From positions 1-60,599 of IMG/VR virus record IMGVR_UViG_3300045988_080839: a stretch of 60,599 nucleotides of DNA. One strand, 5' to 3'. Below, piece by piece: positions 34,209 to 41,862 of the stretch. This stretch comes from a virus. Numbering within the stretch: the stretch's first letter is position 1; every line of letters begins with the position of its first letter. A program made the translations under genes and the position numbers. The notes beneath the pieces are model-generated. The model was not told the origin of the DNA. It searched no databases and was given only the letters and a program-made list of their open reading frames with translations.

Positions 34209-34817
34209 CTAGCCATTTGTATTACTGTCAACAATATTATTATTGTCTTCTAACTGTTGGAAACTGCCATTATTTGCACCTAACTGTAGTAATTCTGACA
34301 TTGGTAGAGCTGTATTATTGGCTTTCTCTCGGCTCACGCCAGGCAGATTCCATCCATGTTTTTTATTTAGTGACGGTAATACTTTCATGGGATTTATACG
34401 CTTGTCATGTAACATAGCTTCCAACGATTGCTCGTTATCGTCCATGATTTTTTCGTGCAAGTCGAATCGGGCGTTACTTGATTTCCAGTTATAGATAGTC
34501 TGTTTATCTATCCCTGTCATGTCTATAAATCCCTTTAATGTAACTTCTTGACAATGATTATTACATATCCTCTTGTATATATAATTATATATATATAATA
34601 CCTTATCTTGATTATATTGGTTATATGGACTAGGTATATCTTTAAGCAGTATAGTGTTATCCTTAAAGACATTTATATAAATCTCGTCTATAATATCATT
34701 CCAGATTTGTGGCGGTATGTCATGCTCGTCCAGATCGTTTGAAATACAATAATCAGCTATAATATCTTTAACAACTGCTATTACATTGTCTTGATTTATA
34801 ACTTTAATATCTGGCAT
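34209..34817 (-). CDS. Terminase small subunit candidate (202 aa)
   Basis: ORF track. HTH-like VTLKGFIDMTGIDKQTIYNWK and LNKKHGWNLPG. First gene after a long repeat-rich intergenic region. Confidence 0.4.
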   Translation of the reverse strand: MPDIKVINQDNVIAVVKDIIADYCISNDLDEHDIPPQIWNDIIDEIYINVFKDNTILLKDIPSPYNQYNQDKVLYIYNYIYKRICNNHCQEVTLKGFIDMTGIDKQTIYNWKSSNARFDLHEKIMDDNEQSLEAMLHDKRINPMKVLPSLNKKHGWNLPGVSREKANNTALPMSELLQLGANNGSFQQLEDNNNIVDSNTNG

Positions 34818-35160
34818 GTTTTATACCTCCTTTGGGTAAAAATAAAAGCAACTAATAAAACTACTAGGATTTACTAATAGTCTATTAATTGCTTTATGAG
34901 CCGACGTATGGCTTGTAATCTTTAACTTAATCGTGTAAAGCTCTCGTATGAGCTTATTGTTAGAATAAAACACATTTTATAAAAATGCAATAGGTTTTTA
35001 AAAAAATTATCAGGTAGGTAATCGGTTGGATAAACGGTTAGATATATTCGCAAATGGAAATTTAAGCCGATAATAAAAATCTGTCTTTAAATCCAAAATT
35101 TAAAACTGTTTTGCTCTTAACAGGAAAATTTTTGTTGTCTCGCGCGTATACGTGATATAT

Positions 35161-35221
35161 AACCTATACTAACCTTACCTAACCTATACTATACTACGTA
35201 TACAAAATGTATACAAAATGG
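35161..35221. repeat. Cluster of short direct and inverted repeats (AACCTATACT x2, GTATACAAAAT x2)
   Basis: aacctatactaaccttacctaacctatact...cgtatacaaaatgtatacaaaatgg, read directly from the sequence. Confidence 0.7.
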
Positions 35222-35255
35222 AAACAACGGTTAAAATTTGGAAACATTTATAGGT

Positions 35256-35813
35256 TTAAAACGGCGGTTGCTCTTCCTGCTTAGCAGATTCTTTCTTTTG
35301 CTCCAGTTCCTGCGCCAGTTTATGCGCCATTTCCGCAAGTGTCGGCTCATGCTCTACAGGCTTATTAATGCTTGCACTTCTTGCATCTATGTCATTTTGG
35401 ATATTCTGTAAACCAAAGTCGTGCGTTTTGACCTTGCCTGTTAGTGGTATATCTGCCAGCATTGCATTAATTTCTTCTTGTGACATGTCCTTATATGCCT
35501 TTCTGCACTCATTATTTGCCCCAGAATCAATTTTAATATCATTGTCGATAATTTTACCGTCAAAGTCATTTTCATTCGTGCTAGACGATTCTGTGACGTT
35601 TGAAAGGTATTCTGTATTGTTACGTAAACCATAATTAGCAATCCTATCATCAATACAGCTATTAATAAATTCTGTTATAGTTCTATATCCATGTTCTTTT
35701 GCTATATTATTAATATATTCCTTATCCCCTGTCTTACGTAATATAGTTATTCTATCATATCTTTCTTTTTGGTAATCATTGATATAGTTATAAACGGCTT
35801 TCTTTTTATCCAT
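35256..35813 (-). CDS. RHH/Arc-like DNA-binding protein with a long acidic C-terminal extension (185 aa)
   Basis: ORF track. The N-terminus YINDYQKERYDRITILRKTGDKEYINNIAKEHGYRTITEFINSCI is paralogous to 37721..37915. Confidence 0.55.
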   Translation of the reverse strand: MDKKKAVYNYINDYQKERYDRITILRKTGDKEYINNIAKEHGYRTITEFINSCIDDRIANYGLRNNTEYLSNVTESSSTNENDFDGKIIDNDIKIDSGANNECRKAYKDMSQEEINAMLADIPLTGKVKTHDFGLQNIQNDIDARSASINKPVEHEPTLAEMAHKLAQELEQKKESAKQEEQPPF

Positions 35814-35831
35814 AATCTAACCACTCCTTTA

Positions 35832-35939
35832 TATAGTTATAACTTAGTTGTAACTATATATAATTATAGCGTATATTACGCTAAAATACAATGCTTTTGA
35901 ATATAGTTATAAATTATTTATAAATTAGTTATAACTATA
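35832..35939. promoter_or_regulatory. Two inverted-repeat operators built from TATAGTTATAAC half-sites
   Basis: 35832..35858 is TATAGTTATAAC-TTA-GTTGTAACTATA. 35902..35939 is TATAGTTATAA...TTATAACTATA. Both lie upstream of the RHH gene. Confidence 0.55.
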
Positions 35940-35976
35940 TATGCACGTTATATATGCACACTATGCATAATGTAAA

Positions 35977-36000
35977 CAAAAAGCACCCTGTCGGATGCTC
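35977..36000 (-). terminator. Rho-independent terminator after the AP2-domain gene
   Basis: Minus strand: AGCATCC-GACA-GGGTGCT, then TTTTTG. Confidence 0.55.
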
Positions 36001-36705
36001 TTATTCTTCCTTATCTTCTTTTTCCAGTCCTTTTAAGTATTCGCCGTGATACCATTCCAAAAAATCTCCATGCAGTTTATTCTCTGCAATTCTGCGTGCT
36101 TTTGCGGCATCCTCTAATTTGTCGTATCTGCCTAAATAATAGCTTTTCCCTTTAAATCCGATCTTTGCAAGCCATTTGCTCCTACTGTTATCCCAAGATA
36201 TGCCGTTAATACCGCTATGGTTGTTAGATTTTAAATGCTTTGGTTCTAATAAATACACATTAGTATTTTCGATAAATTTATATTTTTTGTTGTATTTATA
36301 AGCATGCTTGGAATTTTCCCTTGTCTGCTCTTTTCTTATGCATCCACAACTTTTTACCCTACCAGTTTTTAAATTATCAGCACTTACATCTGTATAATTT
36401 CCACATTTGCATAAGCAGTGCCAAATAATAGAGCCGTTGCTGTCCTTTTTACCTGTCTTTTTAATAACTTTTAAATTGCCAAACTCTCTGCCTTTTAAAT
36501 CCTCTGCTTTAAATAAATTATCTTTGTTTGCGCATCCACATCCTACAGTTAGCGGATTATCTAACGTATCTTTGCGCATCCATTTAGCAGATCCGCACAA
36601 GGGACATTTAACAAGTAAATAGCTTCTTTTATTTTCCCTTTTGTAATCCATTACATAAAAATTTGCATAATATGTACCGACAAGATCGGGCAGTTTTATC
36701 CCCAT
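36001..36705 (-). CDS. AP2-domain DNA-binding protein with Cys-rich N-terminal repeats (234 aa)
   Basis: ORF track. The C-terminal SGINGISWDNSRSKWLAKIGFKGKSYYLGRYDKLEDAAKARRIAE fits the AP2 pattern. Repeated C.C.CG...(S/G)CGC motifs. Confidence 0.6.
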   Translation of the reverse strand: MGIKLPDLVGTYYANFYVMDYKRENKRSYLLVKCPLCGSAKWMRKDTLDNPLTVGCGCANKDNLFKAEDLKGREFGNLKVIKKTGKKDSNGSIIWHCLCKCGNYTDVSADNLKTGRVKSCGCIRKEQTRENSKHAYKYNKKYKFIENTNVYLLEPKHLKSNNHSGINGISWDNSRSKWLAKIGFKGKSYYLGRYDKLEDAAKARRIAENKLHGDFLEWYHGEYLKGLEKEDKEE

Positions 36706-36725
36706 TTTATCCTCTCCTTAATCAC

Positions 36726-36752
36726 AAAAAGACCGCCAAAAGCGGTCTTTTC
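36726..36752. terminator. Bidirectional terminator hairpin AGACCGC/GCGGTCT
   Basis: Perfect 7-bp stem flanked by AAAAA and TTTTC. Confidence 0.6.
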
Positions 36753-36753
36753 T

Positions 36754-36990
36754 TTATACCATCCAAACGTCTGTTATAACGTTTTCTTCGTCTACGCTAA
36801 ACAGAAACTGCGTAGATTCTGCACTGTTGATATATGCTATATAATCATATCCATTGTTTTCCGATTCCTTGGCGATTACTTCCGTTTCCCCGTCTTCTTC
36901 AAAATCACCAAACGCACATATTACCTCTTCTGCATCCCATTCTGAACCGATAAGCTCTGTTAAGTTTTCTAATACGTTTTCTGCTGTCAT
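36754..36990 (-). CDS. Hypothetical acidic protein (78 aa)
   Basis: ORF track. Confidence 0.55.
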   Translation of the reverse strand: MTAENVLENLTELIGSEWDAEEVICAFGDFEEDGETEVIAKESENNGYDYIAYINSAESTQFLFSVDEENVITDVWMV

Positions 36991-37013
36991 TTCTTTTTCC
37001 TCCTAATTTGTTT

Positions 37014-37421
37014 TTACAAAATAATCTCTCCGTTGCACTCTATGTGCAGCTCGTTACTGTAATTCCAGTAATCATAAGCATCTTTTAAGTTGTCAAAAGT
37101 TGCAACTTTATCAAAACTGTTGTTATCAACAACATCAAACACCATTTCGGACGTTGCCCATGTGTCTTTATACTCACCGTCTCCGTCCTCATCGTATTCA
37201 TATTCCTCTATAACATATTCTGTTACGAGGAATAAATGTGGATACTGGTGTACAGTTGATTTGTACTCTTTTAGAGCTTCTCTTGCTTCTTCCAGAGTAG
37301 CGAAAGAAGCTACGTTTTCACTACCTACAGAATCATAATCAAATGTAATGTCCTGTTTGATCTTAAACCTGTCTTTAAATGGTACTTCTATCTCTCTACT
37401 ATTAATTTCATATTTCTTCAT
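37014..37421 (-). CDS. Hypothetical acidic protein (135 aa)
   Basis: ORF track 37014..37472. Start moved to MKKYEINS (GAGAGGAGAATGGAAAC RBS). Confidence 0.55.
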   Translation of the reverse strand: MKKYEINSREIEVPFKDRFKIKQDITFDYDSVGSENVASFATLEEAREALKEYKSTVHQYPHLFLVTEYVIEEYEYDEDGDGEYKDTWATSEMVFDVVDNNSFDKVATFDNLKDAYDYWNYSNELHIECNGEIIL

Positions 37422-37438
37422 GTTTCCATTCTCCTCTC

Positions 37439-37633
37439 TTATTCTTCCTCTCCCTGCGTCATGGAATCCCACGCTACAGGGTTTCCGTCTTCATCCCACT
37501 CGGATTCAATCTCGCCACCATCTAGCAGGATGGCAAGCTCTTCTGCTGTGTAATCTTCGCTGCTTTTTACAGCGTTGTTTTTATAAAGACACCCATCTTT
37601 GTAGGTGTCAATTGAAAAATTAAAAACTGTCAT
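37439..37633 (-). CDS. Hypothetical protein (64 aa)
   Basis: ORF track. First gene downstream of the iteron-controlled promoter at 37679..37707. Confidence 0.55.
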   Translation of the reverse strand: MTVFNFSIDTYKDGCLYKNNAVKSSEDYTAEELAILLDGGEIESEWDEDGNPVAWDSMTQGEEE

Positions 37634-37678
37634 AGTTTCCTGTCTCCTCTCCTGGTTTGTTTCCTGTTCCTTGACTAT

Positions 37679-37707
37679 AATATAACATTATTAAACTATG
37701 CTGTCAA
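37679..37707 (-). promoter_or_regulatory. Promoter TTGACA-17-TATATT with an iteron in the spacer
   Basis: Reverse complement of 37702..37707 is TTGACA; reverse complement of 37679..37684 is TATATT. The spacer contains AGCATAGTTTAATAA (37688..37702). Confidence 0.6.
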
Positions 37708-37720
37708 GTACTTTATTAAA

Positions 37721-37915
37721 CTATTCTTGCATTTTTTTGAGTTGTTCATCCACGCAAGACATGACAAACGCCGATAGGCTCAAACCTTTTATTTTGGCGG
37801 CGGCTTGATACTTCTCTTTCTTGCCCTTATCTGCCATTACTGTTATACGGTCGTAGTTATCTTTCTGATATTTCGCTATATAAGATAACTCATTCTCTTT
37901 TTTACTGTATGCCAT
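37721..37915 (-). CDS. RHH/Arc-like repressor candidate (64 aa)
   Basis: ORF track 37721..37954. Start moved to MAYSKKENELSYIAKYQKDNYDRITVMADKGKKEKYQAAAKIKGLSLSAFVMSCV. Confidence 0.6.
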   Translation of the reverse strand: MAYSKKENELSYIAKYQKDNYDRITVMADKGKKEKYQAAAKIKGLSLSAFVMSCVDEQLKKMQE

Positions 37916-37944
37916 TTGTTTGCACTTCCTTTCTTTATATAAGC

Positions 37945-37973
37945 ATAGTATCATATTAAACTATGCTAGTCAA
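37945..37973 (-). promoter_or_regulatory. Promoter TTGACT-17-TACTAT of the RHH gene, with an iteron in the spacer
   Basis: Reverse complement of 37968..37973 is TTGACT; reverse complement of 37945..37950 is TACTAT. The spacer holds AGCATAGTTTAATA. Inverted pair AGCATAGT/ACTATGCT at 37942..37967. Confidence 0.55.
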
Positions 37974-38037
37974 TTATTATTTTAAAACGCATATAATAGG
38001 AAGAAACAAATATTTTAAAAATTATTAAACTATGCTA

Positions 38038-38066
38038 TTGACTATATTATTAAACTATGCTATAGT
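38038..38066 (+). promoter_or_regulatory. Plus-strand promoter TTGACT-17-TATAGT with an iteron in the spacer
   Basis: -35 at 38038..38043, -10 at 38061..38066. The iteron at 38047..38061 fills the spacer. Confidence 0.55.
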
Positions 38067-38097
38067 TATATCAACAACAAAACAAGGAGGAAACACC

Positions 38098-38313
38098 ATG
38101 GAAAAGAGAATACAGGAACTTGAAACACTGCTTACAGAGCAGTGCGGAAAATATGACAGTGATTGTACTAACTGTCCGTACTCTAAGGAGTGCGAAGAGT
38201 ACGCAAGGTTGGAGCAATTAAATACAATGTGCCTTACTTGTAAAAAGCTCGGCACAGATTGCAAAGGCACAACTTGCCAAACATGGACAGGTTGCGCAAT
38301 GAAAACTATGTAA
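38098..38313 (+). CDS. Cys-rich small protein (71 aa)
   Basis: ORF track 38032..38313. Start moved to MEKRIQELE (CAAGGAGGAAACACC RBS). 11 Cys in CxxC-like spacing. Confidence 0.6.
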   Translation: MEKRIQELETLLTEQCGKYDSDCTNCPYSKECEEYARLEQLNTMCLTCKKLGTDCKGTTCQTWTGCAMKTM

Positions 38314-38320
38314 GCCGTGG

Positions 38321-38352
38321 AGGTCTTTCGGGGTTCGATTCCCCGACTTGCT
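38321..38352 (+). other. tRNA 3'-fragment-like element (variable loop, T-arm, acceptor strand) in an intergenic spacer
   Basis: AGGTCTTT-CGGGG-TTCGATT-CCCCG-ACTTGCT. There is no matching 5' acceptor strand, D-arm or anticodon arm. Confidence 0.4.
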
Positions 38353-38394
38353 TTTACCCGATAGGGAATAAAAAAATTTAAGGAGGATAAAAAA

Positions 38395-38751
38395 ATGGGT
38401 GTATTAGCAAATGAAGAAAAGGAAGTTTACAGTGCATACGGCATGACCGTATATTGCATTGAAAATGAAAACATATGGTTGAAAACCCATGATACAGTGT
38501 ATACTGCTATCAGAATTGAAAAAGCGGGAGAAGATATAGTTGATATTGGTCTGGATATTAACTATATAGACAAGCGCAATTTTGACAGTTCAATAGATAA
38601 TTTCCTTTGGTGGATTAATGAGGATAAACCGGGGAAAAGCTATACAGAAAGTGCCGTTTATGCGTGGCTCACGGAATGTAATAATTTTCTGAACTATCGC
38701 ATAGAATCACGTAAGAAATACGGTAACAAGTCAATCTATAGCCCCATGTAA
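38395..38751 (+). CDS. Hypothetical protein (118 aa)
   Basis: ORF track. TAAGGAGGATAAAAAA RBS. Confidence 0.65.
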   Translation: MGVLANEEKEVYSAYGMTVYCIENENIWLKTHDTVYTAIRIEKAGEDIVDIGLDINYIDKRNFDSSIDNFLWWINEDKPGKSYTESAVYAWLTECNNFLNYRIESRKKYGNKSIYSPM

Positions 38752-38785
38752 TAGTGGGGATTTTGCCATATAAGGAGGTGTGCGA

Positions 38786-38953
38786 ATGACAGCAAAAGAC
38801 TTTTATTTGTACCATAAATCGCTTTTTGATAACTGGATTTATGGGGATATCGTGCAAGTATGGACGGATGCAGTGGGTTACACTTGCATCAAATACCAGT
38901 CTGGGAACTGGTTTCACTACAAGGTTGCAAATGGTCATATAATGTTTTGGTAA
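38786..38953 (+). CDS. Small hypothetical protein (55 aa)
   Basis: Below the cutoff. TAAGGAGGTGTGCGA RBS. MTAKDFYLYHKSLFDNWIYGDIVQVWTDAVGYTCIKYQSGNWFHYKVANGHIMFW. Confidence 0.55.
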   Translation: MTAKDFYLYHKSLFDNWIYGDIVQVWTDAVGYTCIKYQSGNWFHYKVANGHIMFW

Positions 38954-38954
38954 A

Positions 38955-38979
38955 GGGTGGGAAATTTCCATCCTTTTTC
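38955..38979 (+). terminator. Terminator of the plus-strand island
   Basis: GGTGGGAAA/TTTCCATCC imperfect stem, then TTTTT, right after the stop at 38953. Confidence 0.5.
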
Positions 38980-39311
38980 CAGCACCCTGTTACCGTAAAG
39001 GGCTATGTGTGCGTTATCCGTCCATGTAGCCGTATGCAGTAACCGTACCTTGACAAGAACATAAAATAGGCGTAGAGTGTTTATAACTATATCCGTGATA
39101 TAAATGTACCCTGTTAGCTTTAAACTTCCTTACAGTGGCTTACAGTGCGTTCTGTTGCCATATCCGTTATGTGTCTATGCTCTATAGAAAACAGATACAG
39201 CCTGTGCGCATATAGTCCGCACTTTAGCATTGTAAAGTTTTGCATCCATTTTCTGGTCACAATCTTCCAAATATCGCACATAAAGCTGGTCACGTTTCCA
39301 AAATGGTTTAT

Positions 39312-39440
39312 CCAGTCCAAAAACCACCATAGGGGGGCATCAAAATTTTTCCGAATGTTGCGGAAAATCCGAACAAAATTTTGCTTCAAAACCGTTTTGA
39401 AAATTCCAGTCAGAAAAGTACCCCAGGGGCAGTCAAATTT
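39312..39440. repeat. Two degenerate direct repeats with 94-nt period
   Basis: 39312..39348 is CCAGTCCAAAAACCACCATAGGGGGGCATCAAAATTT. 39406..39440 is CCAGTCAGAAAAGTACCCCAGGGGCAGTCAAATTT. The flanks are also similar. Confidence 0.6.
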
Positions 39441-39536
39441 GTTTCAGAATATTTTTTTCTCACAGAGTTTTTTAGGTACACATCTTTTTTCAACATTTTT
39501 CTGTGTAAATTTGAAATTTCTTTGCAAAAATCAATC

Positions 39537-39860
39537 TTAAATTGAATTAGTACGCAACTTTGCCAGCAAATCATCTAGCAGATATATTATCTCTTTCCCA
39601 TAATCAGCCATGAAATTACACAATCGTTCTTCCAAATCTATAGGTATAGACATATCATGCTCAAAGCACATGACATGAGTTAGTTCATGACAGATTACAC
39701 GTTCTGTCATATATGCAGACATACCGCTTGCTATTGATACTGTCTTAGTGTTGTTGTCTGTAACTCCAAATGTGTACGCTCCGTCACTGCGCTGTAAGTC
39801 TTGGCTATTGGCAGGAACAAAAGCTAATTGCCATGTCTGACCGTTTACCATAAAATACAT
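39537..39860 (-). CDS. Small HExxH zinc-metallopeptidase-like protein (107 aa)
   Basis: ORF track. HELTH motif. Same architecture as 21498..21815. Lies downstream of the antirepressor genes. Confidence 0.55.
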   Translation of the reverse strand: MYFMVNGQTWQLAFVPANSQDLQRSDGAYTFGVTDNNTKTVSIASGMSAYMTERVICHELTHVMCFEHDMSIPIDLEERLCNFMADYGKEIIYLLDDLLAKLRTNSI

Positions 39861-39877
39861 AAAATCAACTCCTATCC

Positions 39878-39914
39878 AAAAACCGCCAGCTTTTTACGGT
39901 TGGCGGTTTCTTTT
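39878..39914. terminator. Bidirectional terminator ACCGCCA/TGGCGGT
   Basis: Perfect 7-bp stem with T-runs on both strands, just after the stop at 39921. Confidence 0.6.
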
Positions 39915-39920
39915 GCACTA

Positions 39921-40613
39921 TTATAATTTTCCACTTTCCTTTAAGGATTTTTCGGCACATTCCAAATATTTGTCTGCGCACTCTGATAATTCAGGGAAGT
40001 AACTAATCATGTCCATGGAATATCTTGGTGGATATCCCTTTTCCTGTTCATAGATAGCGGCGGCTTCATCAAGGTCGTATTCTTCTCCAACAAACAACAG
40101 GATTCTATGATACAACTGTGATTTTTTACCGTGTATTGCCTGGACTATCCTTTCAATCCTGCGCTGATTCCTTGCATACCATGTAGGTGTCTTTGGCACA
40201 GGTGTCATGCTGACATGATAGTTGCAATCCTCTATCTTTGTTTCTGCTGTTTCCATCTGATTCTTGACCGCAAAGTAAGAGTTTACCAGTTGACGCTGTA
40301 CTTCCCATGCTAAATCATCCGTAAAAACTTTTACTATCATGAGATATCCGCTTTCTGTAAAGAGATATGTTTTCATATTGGGATTTCCGACTATTTTTTC
40401 GTTGGGGGAATATCGTTCCCCTAACTCTTTTCTTGTAATTTCAAAGTAATCCGTTCCAAGTATAAAATGACTCTTATGCTTTTGAAATGACTTCTTTGCC
40501 GTATCGGATTTTTTATGATGAACCCTGTCAATATCTTTCATAGTGACAACTCTCATACCGTTATATTCTTTGATTGCCATTTCTGTATTTTCAATCTTTA
40601 CAAGTTCTGCCAT
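39921..40613 (-). CDS. Antirepressor-like protein with an ORF6N/KilA-N-type N-terminal domain (230 aa)
   Basis: ORF track. IKEYNGMRVVTMKDIDRVHHKKSDTAKKSF.KHKSHFILGTDYFEI...YLFTESGYLMIVKVFTDDLAWEVQRQLVNSYF. Confidence 0.65.
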   Translation of the reverse strand: MAELVKIENTEMAIKEYNGMRVVTMKDIDRVHHKKSDTAKKSFQKHKSHFILGTDYFEITRKELGERYSPNEKIVGNPNMKTYLFTESGYLMIVKVFTDDLAWEVQRQLVNSYFAVKNQMETAETKIEDCNYHVSMTPVPKTPTWYARNQRRIERIVQAIHGKKSQLYHRILLFVGEEYDLDEAAAIYEQEKGYPPRYSMDMISYFPELSECADKYLECAEKSLKESGKL

Positions 40614-40627
40614 ATCAGTTCCCCCTA

Positions 40628-41302
40628 TTATTCTTCATCAAGGCAACATTTCATATCATTGTAGAGTATTTCATCAGCCATTTTTCTTAGTTGTGGGAAA
40701 TAAGATATAACTTCTGAATTACTCCACGGTAACCTATCATTCAATGCTATAAACTTTTTCCTTGCGCTGTCAAAATTGTAATACTCATTAATGCCCTCTA
40801 ATATATGGTGCATATACTCTCTTTTTGTCATGTCAAACTTATCTCTGACATAATTAATCTTTGATTTTCTGGTGGAGTACCAATCAGTTTCCCTTTCAAG
40901 TAGCAAATTTTCCGGGATTTTTCCAAGTGTGTTGTTCTGTTCCTGCTGTACTTGCTTTAAAGTATCTTCCATTTCGTGGAAACGCTTAATGTATTTTGCT
41001 GTGAACAAAACTCCTTTTTCTCCTGTAAATTTGTTTGCTAAAAATTCACAGCCCATCTTAGTTACTTCGTAGCATGGCATTGTTTTATTTTGTTCATTAA
41101 CATAAGACGATTTAATAAAAAATTCGGACGAACCCATTTGGGCTTCACCTAAAATTTCTATATATCCCTTAATGTGTTTCCCTTTTTCTGTTCTTCCCTC
41201 TAACTTTCTTAAAATTTTAGAGTGTGATGTTTCCATCATATCTGCAATATCTAAAGTAGATATTGTGTATTCTTCGTTGCTAACCTTGATTTCTTTATTC
41301 AT
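40628..41302 (-). CDS. Rha-family regulatory protein / antirepressor (second copy)
   Basis: ORF track 40628..41344. Start moved to MNKEIKVSN. MPCYEVTKMGCEFLANKFTGEKGVLFTAKYIKRFHEME parallels 4242..4970. Confidence 0.7.
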   Translation of the reverse strand: MNKEIKVSNEEYTISTLDIADMMETSHSKILRKLEGRTEKGKHIKGYIEILGEAQMGSSEFFIKSSYVNEQNKTMPCYEVTKMGCEFLANKFTGEKGVLFTAKYIKRFHEMEDTLKQVQQEQNNTLGKIPENLLLERETDWYSTRKSKINYVRDKFDMTKREYMHHILEGINEYYNFDSARKKFIALNDRLPWSNSEVISYFPQLRKMADEILYNDMKCCLDEE

Positions 41303-41315
41303 AAATGCGCCCCCA

Positions 41316-41558
41316 TTAAACAAATGGAATATAAGTTCCGTCAATTATGCCAATAGCCAGTTTCATACCTTCAACCGCATAAAATCTGTTAGAATCAACA
41401 GCATTGTCAATAAACTCTTGCTCTATTGTCTCGTAAAGTTCAGGGCTTAAAATTCCTTTTAGCTTATCAAGAGTAGGCTTAAAAAATTCCATATACTTGT
41501 CTGTCATTTTTCTTTCTTCAAACTGTCCTTCATAAACGATTTCTAAAAATTTGTCCAT
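41316..41558 (-). CDS. Hypothetical protein (80 aa)
   Basis: ORF track. GTGAGGTTTTAATA RBS. Confidence 0.55.
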   Translation of the reverse strand: MDKFLEIVYEGQFEERKMTDKYMEFFKPTLDKLKGILSPELYETIEQEFIDNAVDSNRFYAVEGMKLAIGIIDGTYIPFV

Positions 41559-41587
41559 TATTAAAACCTCACTTTCAAAATAATACT

Positions 41588-41636
41588 TGTGTGAGATTCC
41601 CTTATGTGATAGAATATTTCACATGAGAGATATCTC
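41588..41636. promoter_or_regulatory. Operator-like palindromes (TGTGA-N9-TCACA and GAGATATCTC)
   Basis: 41604..41622 and 41626..41635, upstream of the gene starting at 41558. Confidence 0.4.
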
Positions 41637-41644
41637 ACTTGGAT

Positions 41645-41689
41645 AGAACGTTGTACAGATTTCCAGTCGTGACAACGTTCTATTTTTTT
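41645..41689 (+). terminator. 10-bp hairpin AGAACGTTGT/ACAACGTTCT followed by T7 (terminator-like in the plus sense)
   Basis: Read directly. The T-run overlaps the 3' end of the minus-strand gene 41680..41862. Confidence 0.4.
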
Positions 41690-41862
41690 AATTCATTGTA
41701 GACCTTATCAATTCCTTTTCTGACAATTTCTGTTTTGCTTTCCCCTGTTTTTTCAACACAGAAATTTAATTTTTCCATGTCAGAATTAGACAATCTAAAA
41801 CTTTCTCTGTTAGTTTTAGGGCTATCTGTCGGTCTACCTTTCTTTTTATTCACTTGCATCAC
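41680..41862 (-). CDS. RHH (CopG/Arc-type) DNA-binding protein (60 aa)
   Basis: ORF track. SFRLSNSDMEKLNFCVEKTGESKTEIVRKGIDKV fits a strand-helix-helix pattern. Confidence 0.55.
   Translation of the reverse strand: MMQVNKKKGRPTDSPKTNRESFRLSNSDMEKLNFCVEKTGESKTEIVRKGIDKVYNELKK

Larger units (their letters stand above)
37688..38061. repeat. Dispersed iterons TTATTAAACTATGCT (4 full copies plus 1 partial)
   Basis: Copies at 37688..37702, 37954..37967 (one base shorter), 38022..38036 and 38047..38061. Partial copy at 37713..37725. Confidence 0.8.

Noticed and set aside
39120-39540. Overlapping ORFs 39145..39540 (plus strand, 131 aa) and 39120..39389 (minus strand, 89 aa)
   Set aside because: They are mutually exclusive, both lack an RBS, and both are rich in Phe/Cys/Trp. 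The internal similarity of the minus-strand ORF comes from the 94-nt-period DNA repeat. The region is reported as a finding instead.
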